DNA of 64,000 bases from an uncultured Actinomycetes bacterium. GTDB lineage: Bacteria > Actinomycetota > UBA4738 > HRBIN12. The position numbers and the translations under genes are program-made. A model generated the notes under the pieces. The model saw only the letters and a program-made list of their open reading frames with translations. It was not told the DNA's origin and did no database searches. How positions within the stretch are numbered: the first letter of the stretch is position 1; each line of letters starts with the position of its first letter. The stretch covers positions 18,652 through 82,651 of the forward strand of contig CAVVVF010000001.1 in the NCBI GenBank assembly GCA_963751665.1, read 5' to 3'. Shown here piece after piece: positions 32,689 through 43,496 of this stretch.

Positions 32689-33356
32689 AGGTGGGAGACC
32701 TCGCCACAGCCCCGGTCGTTTCCGTCCGCCCGGAGCAGTCCGTGCGCCAAGCCGCGCGAGTGATGATGGAACACGGAACCGGCTCGACGGTCGTCCTCGA
32801 TGGGGGAGCGCTGGTCGGGATCCTGACCGAGCGAGATCTCCTGCGGGCCGCTGCGACGGGAACGGATCTGGACGGGACGAGGGTCGAGCAGTTCATGTCC
32901 CCGCACGTGAAGACGATCGGTCCCGACTGGGAGGTCTACGAGGCAACGGCGGAGATGGCGGCCCAGCACATCCGCCACCTGGTCGTATGTGAGAACGCGC
33001 AGGTGGTCGGCGTCTTGTCGGTACGGGACGTGCTCCTGGCGGGCCAGCGAGTGGAGCTCACGGCCGGGAGCTGGGCCGTGCTGCGGGACCCGTTGACCTT
33101 GACCATCAGGGAACGCCGACGCCTCCAGCGGTGCCTACTCATGCTCCGCGGGACCGACCCCGCCGAGTTCGAGCTCGCGGGCTTGATCGGCCTCCTGGTG
33201 GGGAGCTGGTCGTTTGAGGTGGCCCTTCCGGCAGAGTCCGAGAGCCTACGGTCGATACCCGCCGCAGACTATGAGTTGCTCAGGGCGGCGGTGTTGGCCG
33301 AGCTCCCCGACCTTCAGCGCTCCGTGCACCCCTCACCCGGGTGGCGGCGGAGGTAA
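32685..33356 (+). CDS. CBS domain pair protein
   Basis: Two CBS-like units (…VVLDGGALVGILTERDLL… / …HLVVCENAQVVGVLSVRDVL…); overlaps upstream stop. Confidence 0.65.
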   Translation: MKVGDLATAPVVSVRPEQSVRQAARVMMEHGTGSTVVLDGGALVGILTERDLLRAAATGTDLDGTRVEQFMSPHVKTIGPDWEVYEATAEMAAQHIRHLVVCENAQVVGVLSVRDVLLAGQRVELTAGSWAVLRDPLTLTIRERRRLQRCLLMLRGTDPAEFELAGLIGLLVGSWSFEVALPAESESLRSIPAADYELLRAAVLAELPDLQRSVHPSPGWRRR

Positions 33357-33394
33357 GAGACAGCGTGAAAGATCGACGAGCCCTGGAAGTGCAC

Positions 33395-34105
33395 GTGAGA
33401 GAGCCCGCGATCGTCGCGTCGGTCCTTGGCGCCGATTACGCCAACCTGGGGCGGGAGGTGGCGGAGCTCGAGGCCGCCGGGGTCGACCGCATCCAGTGGG
33501 ACGTGATGGACGGGCGCTTCGTCCCGAACCTGACGTTCGGTTCCGACGTCGTGGCCGCTTGCCGCCGCCTCTCGGAGCTTCCGTTCGAGGCCCACCTCAT
33601 GGTTGAGGAGCCCGATCGATGGCTCGAACCCTTCGCCGCCGCCGGCTGTGACACGTTGATCGTCCACCAGGAGGCGTGCCGGCACCTGCACCGGACGCTC
33701 ACGCAGATTCGGGCGCTAGACGTGCTCGCGGGCGTCGCGCTCAACCCGGCGACCCCGATCGAGTGCGTGCGTCACGTGCTCGACCAGGTCGACGTCTTGC
33801 TCGTTATGACCGTCAACCCCGGCTTCGGAGGGCAGTCGTACATCGCGGCGATGGAGGAAAAGGTGGCCGAGGCCCGGCACCTGATCGACCGGTCGCGGTT
33901 CGCTACGACGATCGAGGTCGACGGGGGGATCTCCGCTGCGACCGTTGCGGGGGCGTGGAAGGCCGGGGCGGAGCTCCTCGTAGCCGGATCGGCCATCCTC
34001 GGCCATGCCGAGGGGAAGCAGGCCGCGGTGGCCGAGCTCCGGCGATGCCTGGAGCTCTCACAGAGACCGGTCCCAACCCGCGGACCGTTGGAGTCCCAAC
34101 GATGA
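33395..34105 (+). CDS. rpe: ribulose-phosphate 3-epimerase
   Basis: [35 protein letters not shown] motifs; start codon choice (GTG 33389/33395) uncertain. Confidence 0.8.
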   Translation: MREPAIVASVLGADYANLGREVAELEAAGVDRIQWDVMDGRFVPNLTFGSDVVAACRRLSELPFEAHLMVEEPDRWLEPFAAAGCDTLIVHQEACRHLHRTLTQIRALDVLAGVALNPATPIECVRHVLDQVDVLLVMTVNPGFGGQSYIAAMEEKVAEARHLIDRSRFATTIEVDGGISAATVAGAWKAGAELLVAGSAILGHAEGKQAAVAELRRCLELSQRPVPTRGPLESQR

Positions 34106-36163
34106 CCCTCTCTGGCGCCGCCCGCCCAACGGCTCACGCCGGCGACCTCGATGACCTCTGCATCAACACGATCCGTGCCACAGCCGTGGACGCGATCGAG
34201 AGGGCGAACTCCGGTCACCCAGGGACTCCCATGGGGGCCGCCCCCATGGCGTATGTGTTGTGGACCCGCTTCCTGCGGCACAACCCTCGAAACCCTCGTT
34301 GGTCTGACCGCGACCGGTTCGTGCTTTCGGCCGGGCACGCCTCCATGCTCTTGTACGCGCTGCTGCACCTGACCGGCTACGACGTTGCGCTCGAGGAACT
34401 CCAGCGGTTCCGCCAGTGGGGATCGAGGACCCCGGGCCATCCCGAGTACGGACTCACACCGGGAGTGGAGACGACGACCGGGCCCCTCGGCCAGGGGTTC
34501 GGGAACGCCGTGGGGATGACGATCGGCGAGCGCATGCTCGCCGATCGCTTCAACCGGCCCGGCCTCGACATAGTCGACCATTACACCTACGCCATCTGCT
34601 CCGACGGGGACATGATGGAGGGGGTGGCCTCGGAAGCCGCATCGTTGGCCGGCCACCTGGGCCTTGGCAAGCTGATCTGCCTCTACGACGACAACGACAT
34701 CTCGATCGACGGCCACACCGACCTATCGTTCAGCGAGGACGTGGGGAGCAGGTTCGATGCTTACCGCTGGCACGTCCGGCACGTGTTAGACGGCAACGAC
34801 CTTGCAGTCCTGGAGGCGGCGCTCGCCGAAGCGCGGGAGGAAACTGAACGTCCCTCCCTGATCGTGGTGAGGACCCACATCGGATTTGGTGCTCCCACGA
34901 AGCAGGACACGGCGGAGGCGCATGGGGCTCCCCTCGGAGCCGACGAGGTGAGGGCGTGGAAGGAGCGGATCGGCTGGCCCGACGGCGAATTCTTCATCCC
35001 CGAGATGGCCCAGTGCCGGTTCCGCGAGGCCCTGGAGCGCGGCGCCGAGCTGGAGCGGGGCTGGCGTCGGCTGTTCGAGCGCTGGGCGGCGGCGGAGCCC
35101 GACCTCGCTGCGGAGTGGGACCGAGTGATGGCAGGCCGCTTGCCTCTCGGTTGGGAGCAAGGGTTTCCGGATTTCCGAGATCAGACCGCGTTGTCCACCC
35201 GGAAGGCTTCCGGGAAGGTCCTGGGGGCCTTGGCCACGAGACTCCCCGAGCTGGTCGGGGGCTCGGCCGACCTGACCGAGTCGACCAACGTCGCGTTGCC
35301 GGGCGAGACGTCGTTCTGCCGTGAGCGCACCGGTCGCTACATCCACTTCGGGGTGCGAGAGCACGGCATGGGAGCCATCCTGAACGGACTGTCGCTCCAT
35401 GGTGGGCTTCGACCGTTCGGGGGGACCTTCCTGATCTTCTCGGACTACATGCGCCCGTCGATGCGCCTGGCCGCACTGATGGAGCAGCCGGTCGTCTACG
35501 TCCTCACCCATGACTCGATCGGTCTGGGGGAGGACGGCCCCACCCACGAACCTGTGGAGCACCTCCCGTCGCTGCGGGCCATGCCCGGGCTCGTCGTGAT
35601 TCGGCCGGCAGATGCGGCCGAGACCGCCGAGGCCTGGAAGGTGGCACTCGAGCGTCGGGACGGTCCGACCGCGCTGATCCTCTCGAGGCAGGACCTTCCC
35701 GTGCTCGATCGAGATCGGCTCGCTCCCGCCGGTCTCCTGGCTCGCGGAGCGTACGTGCTAGCCGACGCTCACGGCCAGCCGGAGGACCTCATCCTATTAG
35801 CCTCCGGGTCGGAGGTGCCCGTCGCCCTGGCCACGGCAGACCTCTTGCAGTCCGAACACGGGCTGTCCGTGCGGGTGGTGAGTATGCCCTCGTGGGAGCT
35901 GTTCGAGCAACAGGACGAAGCGTACCGTGGGAAGGTCCTCCCCCCCGACATCCCCGTCCGGTCTGGCTGTGGAGGCCGCAACTCCCCTCGGATGGACCCG
36001 GTGGGTGGGCAACGCGGGAGCGGTGGTGGGGGTCGATCGCTTCGGGGCCTCCGCCCCCGGTTCGGTCGTCCTGGAGCAGTACGGCTTCACCGCAGAGAAC
36101 GTGGCGGCCCGCGCCTTGGAGCTCCTGCTCACGAGCGGGTTGTCCTCGACCTTGGGGAGGTGA
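34102..36163 (+). CDS. tkt: transketolase (apparent frameshift near 35950 before last about 70 aa)
   Basis: SGHPGTPMG thiamine-PP motif, full TK domains; C-terminal [16 protein letters not shown]...[16 protein letters not shown] only in a second frame. Confidence 0.75.
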
Positions 36164-36165
36164 GG

Positions 36166-37440
36166 GTGGTCCCTTCCATCCGTCCCTACCGACCGGACGA
36201 CCTCGGCCGGATCGTCGAACTGTGGTCCGGGGCGGGCGAGCCTCCGGGCTTGGTTCACCAGCTCCACGAGGTCCTGAGCCTCGTCAACCACGAGAGCGCC
36301 ATCGTCCTCGTGGTTGAGAGGGAGGGCGAGATCGTCGGGGCGGGCTTCGGTACCGTGTCTGGTGCTCTCGGTTGGATCCATGATCTCGCCGTTACCGAGC
36401 GGCCCGAGGCCGATGTCGCCCTTGACCGCCTCATCGACCAGATGGAATCTGGGATGGCCGATCGGGGCGCGCACGTGATCGATGCCCTCGTCGGAATCGA
36501 AGGACGCCTGCACCGAGGCCTTCGGCAGCGGGGCTACGAGATGGTCCGCGACGCCGTCTGCGTTCGGCGGGATATCTCCAGCACCGTCTCTGCCCCCTCG
36601 GTCCTGGCGGAGCTCGGAGGCGTCACGATCGACCCCGGCCTGTGGGATCGCCTCAAAGGGATGGAAGGGCCCAAGGACATCATCGAACGGCGGGTCATCC
36701 TTCCCCTTTCCGAGCCGGAACTCGCCGAGCGTCACAGCGTCGAACGACCGAAGGCGATCGTCCTGTTCGGGCCACCTGGGACCGGCAAGACGACGTTCGC
36801 CAAGGGGATCGCGTCCCGGCTCGGGTGGCCCTTCGTAGAGATCGAGCCGAGCGGGCTCGTCGACGAGGGTATCGAGCACGAGGGGAGGCTCCTCGCCCGA
36901 GCCTTCGAGCGGCTCCTGGAGCTGCCCTCGGCGGTGGTGTTCGTCGACGAGGTGGAGGACCTCGCCTCGATCCGTCACAACGAGCGCAGGGTGAGCCCCA
37001 GCGTGACGAACGAGTTCCTGAAGCAGATCCCCAGATTCCGGACGGTCCCGCATCACCTATTGGTGTGCGCTACGAACTGGGTCGGAACGCTGGATCCAGC
37101 GTTCCTCCGCCCGGGCCGGTTCGACTACGTCTTGCCCGTCGGGCCGCCGGACGCGGTCGCCCGGGCCGCCATCTGGCGTCGTTACGTAGCGGAGATCAGC
37201 GATCAGGACATTGACGTCGACGTTCTGGTCGAGGCCACCAGGTACTTCACGCCTGCAGACATCGAGTTCGCTGCCCGCAAGGCGGCCCAATCGGCGTTCG
37301 AGCGGGAGGTCTTCCGAGGGTCCGGGGCCAAGGCCGGCACCGATGACTTCCTGAATGCGATCGGGCAGATGAAGCCCACCCTCTCGCAGGAGATGATCGA
37401 GGTCTTCGAGGGGGACGTCGAGCGGTTCGCCCGGTACTGA
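36166..37440 (+). CDS. GNAT acetyltransferase domain fused to AAA+ ATPase (FtsH/CDC48-like core), within cbb operon
   Basis: N-terminal GNAT fold ([19 protein letters not shown]...WIHDLAVTE), then Walker [10 protein letters not shown], Walker [10 protein letters not shown], second region of homology [19 protein letters not shown]. Confidence 0.65.
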   Translation: MVPSIRPYRPDDLGRIVELWSGAGEPPGLVHQLHEVLSLVNHESAIVLVVEREGEIVGAGFGTVSGALGWIHDLAVTERPEADVALDRLIDQMESGMADRGAHVIDALVGIEGRLHRGLRQRGYEMVRDAVCVRRDISSTVSAPSVLAELGGVTIDPGLWDRLKGMEGPKDIIERRVILPLSEPELAERHSVERPKAIVLFGPPGTGKTTFAKGIASRLGWPFVEIEPSGLVDEGIEHEGRLLARAFERLLELPSAVVFVDEVEDLASIRHNERRVSPSVTNEFLKQIPRFRTVPHHLLVCATNWVGTLDPAFLRPGRFDYVLPVGPPDAVARAAIWRRYVAEISDQDIDVDVLVEATRYFTPADIEFAARKAAQSAFEREVFRGSGAKAGTDDFLNAIGQMKPTLSQEMIEVFEGDVERFARY

Positions 37441-37500
37441 ACGTCATCCGCGATCGGCGACGCCGACCGAAACCTGACGCCAGAAAGAGGGAGGAAGGCG

Positions 37501-38523
37501 ATGGGCGTGGAGGAACTGGAGCGAACGGCCCGGGCCCTGGTTGCCCCGGGCAAGGGCATCCTGGCAGCGGACGAGAGCAGCGGCACGATCAAGAAGCGGT
37601 TCGACTCGATCGGCGTGGAGTCCACCGAGGAGAACCGCCGCGCCTACCGAGAGATGTTGTTCACCACGCCGGGGATGGAGGAGTTCATCAGCGGGGTGAT
37701 CATGTTCGACGAGACGCTCCGCCAATCGACGAGCGGCGGGATCGCCTTCGCCAATGTCCTTGAGGCCGTCGGTGTCATCCCGGGCATCAAGGTCGATACA
37801 GGAGCGAGGCCTCTGGCCGGGTTCCCGGGTGAGACGGTGACCGAGGGACTCGATGGCTTGCGGGAACGCCTGGCCGAGTACCGCGAGATGGGCGCAGGGT
37901 TCACGAAGTGGCGAGCCGTCATGACCATCGGAGACGGCATCCCGACCCAGTCCTGCGTCGACGCGAACGCCGAAGCCCTCGCGCGGTTCGCCGCCCTGTC
38001 CCAGGAGGCGGGGCTGGTCCCGATCGTGGAGCCGGAAACCTTGATGGACGGCGACCACACGATCGACCGTCACTACGACGCCACACGCCGGACACTCGAA
38101 GCACTGTTCGACCGGCTGTTCGCGCACCGGGTCGAACTGGCCGGGACCCTGCTCAAGACCAACATGGTCCTGTCGGGGAAATCCGCGCCTGAACAGGCGG
38201 GGGTCGAAGAGGTTGCGGGGTGGACGCTCCGCCTCCTCCGTGGATGCGTCCCACCGGCCATTCCCGGGATCGTCTTCCTCTCCGGAGGGCAGACCGACGA
38301 GGCCTCCACCGCGCACCTCTCCGAGATGAACAGGATCGGTGGAGTGCCGTGGGAGCTGTCGTTCTCGTATGGGCGTGCGCTGCAGGCGCCGGCCCTAAAG
38401 GCCTGGGGCGGAAAGGCGGAGAACCTGGAGACAGGACAGCGCGCCCTCTACCAGCGGGCGCGGCTCAACGGCGTGGCGAGGAGCGGGAACTACAGGCCGG
38501 ACATGGAACACGCTCCAGCCTGA
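37501..38523 (+). CDS. fba: fructose-bisphosphate aldolase, class I
   Basis: GKGILAADESSGTIKKRF and Schiff-base lysine context typical of class I FBA. Confidence 0.85.
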   Translation: MGVEELERTARALVAPGKGILAADESSGTIKKRFDSIGVESTEENRRAYREMLFTTPGMEEFISGVIMFDETLRQSTSGGIAFANVLEAVGVIPGIKVDTGARPLAGFPGETVTEGLDGLRERLAEYREMGAGFTKWRAVMTIGDGIPTQSCVDANAEALARFAALSQEAGLVPIVEPETLMDGDHTIDRHYDATRRTLEALFDRLFAHRVELAGTLLKTNMVLSGKSAPEQAGVEEVAGWTLRLLRGCVPPAIPGIVFLSGGQTDEASTAHLSEMNRIGGVPWELSFSYGRALQAPALKAWGGKAENLETGQRALYQRARLNGVARSGNYRPDMEHAPA

Positions 38524-38593
38524 CCCGTAAACCATGCGCCGTGTTGGCGCCGCTGGCGGCCAAGCGATGGGACCGTCGGGTACGAAAACTCGA

Positions 38594-39783
38594 TCATGCC
38601 GCCCTCATGTACTCGTGGACGAGCCCACCGAGGAGATCTCGCCGTTCGATGTCGGGCACGCCGTCGGCCTCTTCGACGGGAGCGAGACTCTCGGGTACCT
38701 GCAGCTCCAGTCCTCGATGCGGGCGTCGCCGGTTGTAGTGCTGCGCATAGATCCGAATGATGCGATCGAGATGCCGGGGGCCGAGGATCAGCAGCCAGTC
38801 CAGGCACTCTGCGCGAAGCGTCTCTATCCAGCGCTCGGCGAAGGCATTGGCGTTCGGCGCCCTGATCGGCGTGCAGGTCACCCGGATCCCTTCTGATACG
38901 AAGACATCATCGAAGGAGCGGGAGAACTTGGCGTCTCGGTCGCGGATGAGAAAGCCGATCTGCGTGCCCTCCTCGGCGGGCCCATCGCAAGGTTCCTCGC
39001 CTGCTGGGTGACGAAGGAAGAGTCCGGGTTGGTCGTTGAGACCGTGACGTGCACGCGCCGTGTCCCGATCTCGATGAAGAACAGGACATAGAGCGTCTTG
39101 AGAAACGCCGTCTCGACCGTGAAGAAATCGCAAGCCTGGACGCCCGATGCCTGAGCCTTCAGGAACTGGCGCCACGTCGGGCCCCGGCGGGGGGCCGGAC
39201 CGACGCCGGAGCGGCGAAGAAGCATCGCGACGCTCGTCGCGGACACGCGGATCCCCAGCTTTCGCAGCTCGCCTTTGATCCTCATGCATCCCCACCGGGG
39301 GTTCTCTCTTGCCATCTGAAGGATCAGCATGCAGACCTCTGGATCGATCGCGGGGCGCCCGGGCGGGCGATGCGGCCTCGTCCACTTTGCCGCGACGAGT
39401 GACCGGTGCCAGCGCAGAAGCGTCTCGGGACGAACGAGGAACGCACCCCAGCGCTCTTTGGGAAGGATCCGGCTTGCTGCAGCGAGCAGCGCACGGTCCC
39501 CGTGCCGGTAGACCGGGCGCTTGACCTGTCGGCGTAGGACCTGGAGTTGGTGGCGAAGGACAAAGATCTCAATTGCGGCATCGTCGGAGCGATGTTTCGG
39601 CGCGACAAGGGTGAGGAGCCGACGAAGCATCATATAGAGGAGTGAAGCAAGCATGGCGGCGATACTGTCATGCCGGGCGATGCTCAACCACCGACCACTC
39701 CGGCGGGGCTGCCTGATCGAGTTCTTGTACCCCACGGGTTCGTAACGGAACCGACATCGGCCTCCAGGAGGCAGCTGCGCCAC
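38594..39783 (-). mobile_element. rve/DDE-type IS transposase (IS481-like), single frameshift near 38980
   Basis: N-terminal HTH and start of integrase core (CDFFTVETAFLKTLYVLFFIEIGTRRVHV) in one frame; rest of core (IRDRDAKF...HYNRRRPHRGL) in another. Confidence 0.6.
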
Positions 39784-39952
39784 GACCTACCCGAGCAGCG
39801 GCAGCGAAGGAAGGCGGGATGTCGCCGCTTAGGGACCGTGCTCCCCATCTCAGCAGCTCTCGTGATTCTCGCGGCGGTAGTCGCCGTCATGCGCGGCTGG
39901 GTTCCTAAAGGTCGAGACGGCGCAGGCAGACAGATTATCGGGACACGAGGGC

Positions 39953-40939
39953 TCAGCGGCAGGGAGTCCAGGGGGTGTCGAACAGGTCGAAGGTCTTTCG
40001 AATGGCGTTGCGGTTCGCCGAGTTGGCCTGAGGGCAGAACTTGGATGTCGAGAGCTTGTATTCCACTTGGAACACGGCCTTGCCTGCGGTGGCGAAGTAG
40101 GTCGTGTAGTTCCCGCACTCGTTGTACTGCTCGCACTGCTCGTTGATCGCGTAGTCGAAATACGGCGCCAGGTCGGGGACCTGCTCCACGTCGTTCTTCA
40201 GGGCGACCGTCAGTCCATTGCTGTGGGCGAGGTTCGCGAGCGCTGTATTGAACAGCAGCTGCGTGTCTGCGCTGATCGTGAGCCCTGTTCGGTTCGACCA
40301 CGCGTCGACCACGTCCATCTCGACGCCGTCAAAACGGTTCGCCGCGCAGCGGTCGAGGCGGTTCGCGATCTGGCCGAGAATGAAGTCCCGCTGCCCCTGG
40401 TCGTTGTTGATGTTCAGCCAGAACTCGTTTCGGAACCCGGAGACTGGCCTGCCAAACAGGCACCCGTCGCAGTTGGTGTTGAACGCCACGTACTGGGGAT
40501 AGTCGGGCCGAAAGCTCTCGGCCGTGCCCGCGTCGATGTAGCAGATCGCCTTGGCTCCATTCGCATGGATCGCACTCACCGCGGCGCCGTTCTCCTGCGT
40601 GATCGTTCCGCCCGTGCACGCGCCGTCGATCTGGAAGTCGATGTCGAAGACCGCGGGGCTCACCGCCGCCGCACCCGTGAACGGCGTACCAGTGATGTTC
40701 ACATTGATCCCGCCGGTCGAGGTGTACAGACAGTTGCCGGACTTGTCCCGGGCAGCCTGCAGCTGGTACTGCCACCGGGAGTTCGTGGCCGGAGTCCAGC
40801 AGGCGGCGGTGGCCGTGTTGCAGGCCACCGGTGCCGCGCACCCAGCCGTCGGGCAGCTCGCCTGCGCGGGCGGCGCCAGGACCGCGAGCCCTCCGACGCC
40901 CATGAACGTGGTGAGAAACAAGAAGGTTGCGACCGGCAT
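39953..40939 (-). CDS. secreted TIM-barrel glycoside hydrolase, GH114-like (endo-alpha-1,4-polygalactosaminidase-like)
   Basis: Signal peptide, Cys-rich N-terminal segment, then AICYIDAGTAE...FDGVEMDVVDAW... pattern resembling PF03537; assignment tentative. Confidence 0.45.
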   Translation of the reverse strand: MPVATFLFLTTFMGVGGLAVLAPPAQASCPTAGCAAPVACNTATAACWTPATNSRWQYQLQAARDKSGNCLYTSTGGINVNITGTPFTGAAAVSPAVFDIDFQIDGACTGGTITQENGAAVSAIHANGAKAICYIDAGTAESFRPDYPQYVAFNTNCDGCLFGRPVSGFRNEFWLNINNDQGQRDFILGQIANRLDRCAANRFDGVEMDVVDAWSNRTGLTISADTQLLFNTALANLAHSNGLTVALKNDVEQVPDLAPYFDYAINEQCEQYNECGNYTTYFATAGKAVFQVEYKLSTSKFCPQANSANRNAIRKTFDLFDTPWTPCR

Positions 40940-41336
40940 GGCCTATTCTCTGGTTTGCTTCGGTGCATCCACTCGACAGTAATCGAAGGATGGCCCGTGT
41001 TGGAGGGCCATGTCCTGCGCCCCATGTAACTCACGCCATTCCGGAGGGCTCCACGATTCTCAACGACTCGTTCCCTTCCAGTCCTCCGAACCCGTCGAGG
41101 AAGACGGCCGCCCGCCGCATCCGCGCACCCAGGCCTCCGGTCGACATCGAGGCTGCGTTCAAGGATCAAAGCCCCTTCTAAGGCATCGCCTGACCAGCTG
41201 CTCGGCCTGGCGTCGGGGTTGGAACGCTGGGGGTGCTTATTGATCAACGTCCGCGTCTCCTGCCCGCGATCCGTTGATACCCTCAGGGCCCGCCTGGGGG
41301 AGGGGCGGCTTCGGTCGCCCTGAGCGGGCGTCGGTC

Positions 41337-41912
41337 TCATCTGGCTCCGACATTGGCGGGAGCGTCCGGCTCCTCCGCGCGCTCGTGATCCGGCTCCGCC
41401 TTCGGTCCAAAGAGCCTCGACCTGTACCACTCGGTGGCCCGGCGCGCCGCATCCTCATAGGCCATCCGCAGTTCGTCTTCTGGATACGCAGACCCGTCTG
41501 TCTCGCCAGGGGCGTCCTCGAGGTCCATGTTCGACTGGCCAGAGAACAGGGCCCCCTCTCTCACCACCAAGACCTTGGATCGGATTTTGCCCTCCACCCG
41601 GCAACCCTGGGCCAGCTCGGCCTTCGTCCGTGCGGTGATGTTGCCCTTGAGCGTCCCCCCCATTACCACGTTTTGGGCCTGGATGTCGGCCTCCACGTGG
41701 CTGTGGGACGAGAGGATCACGTCGCCTCGGGCGGCGATCTTCCCCTTGGCCTGGCCGTCTATGCGAATTGATTCGGCCGATACCAGCGTCCCCTCCAGCT
41801 GAGCCCCACGACCCACCACGGTCATCTCGGGACCGAGGGCCTCTTTGATTCCAAGTTCTCTCGGCTGGACCGCACCACGGCCGCCCTCCCGATGTCGTCG
41901 CCTCAACATCAT
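41337..41912 (-). CDS. bactofilin family cytoskeletal protein
   Basis: Repetitive beta-helical DUF583 core GRGAQLEGTLVSAESIRIDGQAKGKIAARGDVILSSHSHVEADIQAQNVVMGGTLKGNITA. Confidence 0.65.
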   Translation of the reverse strand: MMLRRRHREGGRGAVQPRELGIKEALGPEMTVVGRGAQLEGTLVSAESIRIDGQAKGKIAARGDVILSSHSHVEADIQAQNVVMGGTLKGNITARTKAELAQGCRVEGKIRSKVLVVREGALFSGQSNMDLEDAPGETDGSAYPEDELRMAYEDAARRATEWYRSRLFGPKAEPDHERAEEPDAPANVGAR

Positions 41913-42202
41913 GCCTCCTCACCGGTCTGCGGTTCGCCCGGGCGGCGACCCGACCGCGACCGCTCACGGGTAGGAGATAGAGCCGGATTAACCGTTCCGG
42001 GTCTCCTTAACTACCTTCTTGGGTCGCTTGCCGCATTGGCATTGCTCCCTCGTCGATTGGCGACCTCACTGGCATCGTCAACCGGGCCCGCAGGCTTTAG
42101 CGGGATGCGCTCCGCACAAAGCGCCTGAGGGGTGCATAGATCGCCACACCGGGCTTGAGCAGGAGCATCACGTAGCGTCGCCGGCTCCGTCTCTTCCCAA
42201 GG

Positions 42203-42375
42203 AGGAGCCCGATGCTGCTCTCGCTCGTCTACTTTGCGGCGTGTCGTCTGCTCGGCGCGCTGCTGCTGCCGTCGGACCGTGACGATGCCGCTCGGGACGT
42301 CGAGCTCTGGTCCTCCGCCACCAGCGGTCAGATGTCGGTGGACGCACTTCCGATCTCCCCACAACCGCCGTGGGG
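42203..42375 (+). mobile_element. N-terminal remnant of a second copy of the rve-type IS transposase
   Basis: AAGGAGGA RBS then MLLSLVYFAACRLLGALLLPSDRDDAARDVEL..., similar to start of the 39783 transposase (MLASLLYMMLRRLLTLVAPKHRSDDAAIEIFVL); truncated after about 57 codons. Confidence 0.35.
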
Positions 42376-42701
42376 ATCGTGAAAAGTGCTAACGGTCAGT
42401 TCCGGCTTGCGCGCGGAGAGGCCCAGATCGAGTCCCGAGCCGACGGGACGACGCTGATCACGTTCCACCTGGTCGGCTAGCGACCCTCGGGTGGGGCGGG
42501 CGGCGCCCTCCTGGTAGGAGGAGGTCGGCTCGACGTTTGTGACGGCGTCTGGCAAGAGGTCGAGGTACAGCCGTACCGAGCTGCGGTCGGTGCATGGCTC
42601 CCTACCGACTAGGTGCTTTCAGGGGCCGTGGGGGGTCGCGATGAGCGCTCGAGCCTTCGCGCGATCTCAGTGGACGGTGTCGCCGGTGGGTTTGTCGGCG
42701 G

Positions 42702-43496
42702 TCACGCCTCCCTCCCTCCGGGACCGCGACCTTTCAGCCCGCCCGCTCGCTTGTGTGCTCGTACCAGCAGCGTCAATCCGGTATCCGGCCGCCGCGCCAC
42801 GCGCTCCGCCAGATCCGAGATCGGCTTTCCCATCACCCTCAGCAGGACGTAGCCGAGGATCTTCGCCGGCAGTAGCCGCGGAGGCAGATCGTCGAGGCGC
42901 CAAGAGAGACGTACGAGCCGGAGCGCGAGCGGGGTCGTGAGGATGTAGCGGGTCCGCTCCACCTCGAAGCCGGCGCGGCCGAGCTTGTCTCGGACCACCT
43001 CGGGCGTGTACAGCGTGTAGGCCGCGTACCGGGTTCGGTGGGCGGCTCGCTCGGAATCGGTGATCTCCGGGTTCGAGAGGCTGTCCGCAGAGATCGCGAT
43101 GACTCCCCCCGGACGCAGCACTCGGTGCAGCTCGGCGAGGACCACTTCGTCGTTAGGGAAGTGTTCGATCGCACAGAAGGACACAACCTTGTCGAAGGAC
43201 TGGTCGTCGAACCCGAGATCCGCTGCGTCCATCCGGTGGAACACCGGGAGCGATGAACCCTTCCTCGCGGTCGCGATCGCCAGGCGTTCGAGGTTCACAT
43301 CAATTCCCACGACGCTCGCGCCGACCCTGGCGATCGCGGCGGCATTGGACCCATCGCCGCAGCCCACGTCGAGGATCCGCTCCCCAGGCGCGGCCTCCAG
43401 CCACCGGATGAGGGTCGCGCACTCCTCGACCCGCCGAAGGTTGAGCCGATTGAGGAGGGAATAGCTGGACGCCAAGAGCCCGCGATTTCGCCTCAC
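42702..43496 (-). CDS. class I SAM-dependent methyltransferase
   Basis: Motif I ILDVGCGDG, post-I and motif II (Methyltransf_11/25-like); intact 264 aa. Confidence 0.75.
   Translation of the reverse strand: MRRNRGLLASSYSLLNRLNLRRVEECATLIRWLEAAPGERILDVGCGDGSNAAAIARVGASVVGIDVNLERLAIATARKGSSLPVFHRMDAADLGFDDQSFDKVVSFCAIEHFPNDEVVLAELHRVLRPGGVIAISADSLSNPEITDSERAAHRTRYAAYTLYTPEVVRDKLGRAGFEVERTRYILTTPLALRLVRLSWRLDDLPPRLLPAKILGYVLLRVMGKPISDLAERVARRPDTGLTLLVRAHKRAGGLKGRGPGGREA

Noticed and set aside
35797-37056. 419-aa minus-strand ORF
   Set aside because: Antisense to transketolase C-terminus and the GNAT-AAA gene; no recognisable motifs.
38524-38600. GGCGCC-N5-GGCGCC palindrome after fba as a possible terminator
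   Set aside because: Short 6-bp stem without a following T-tract; not convincing as an intrinsic terminator in this GC context.
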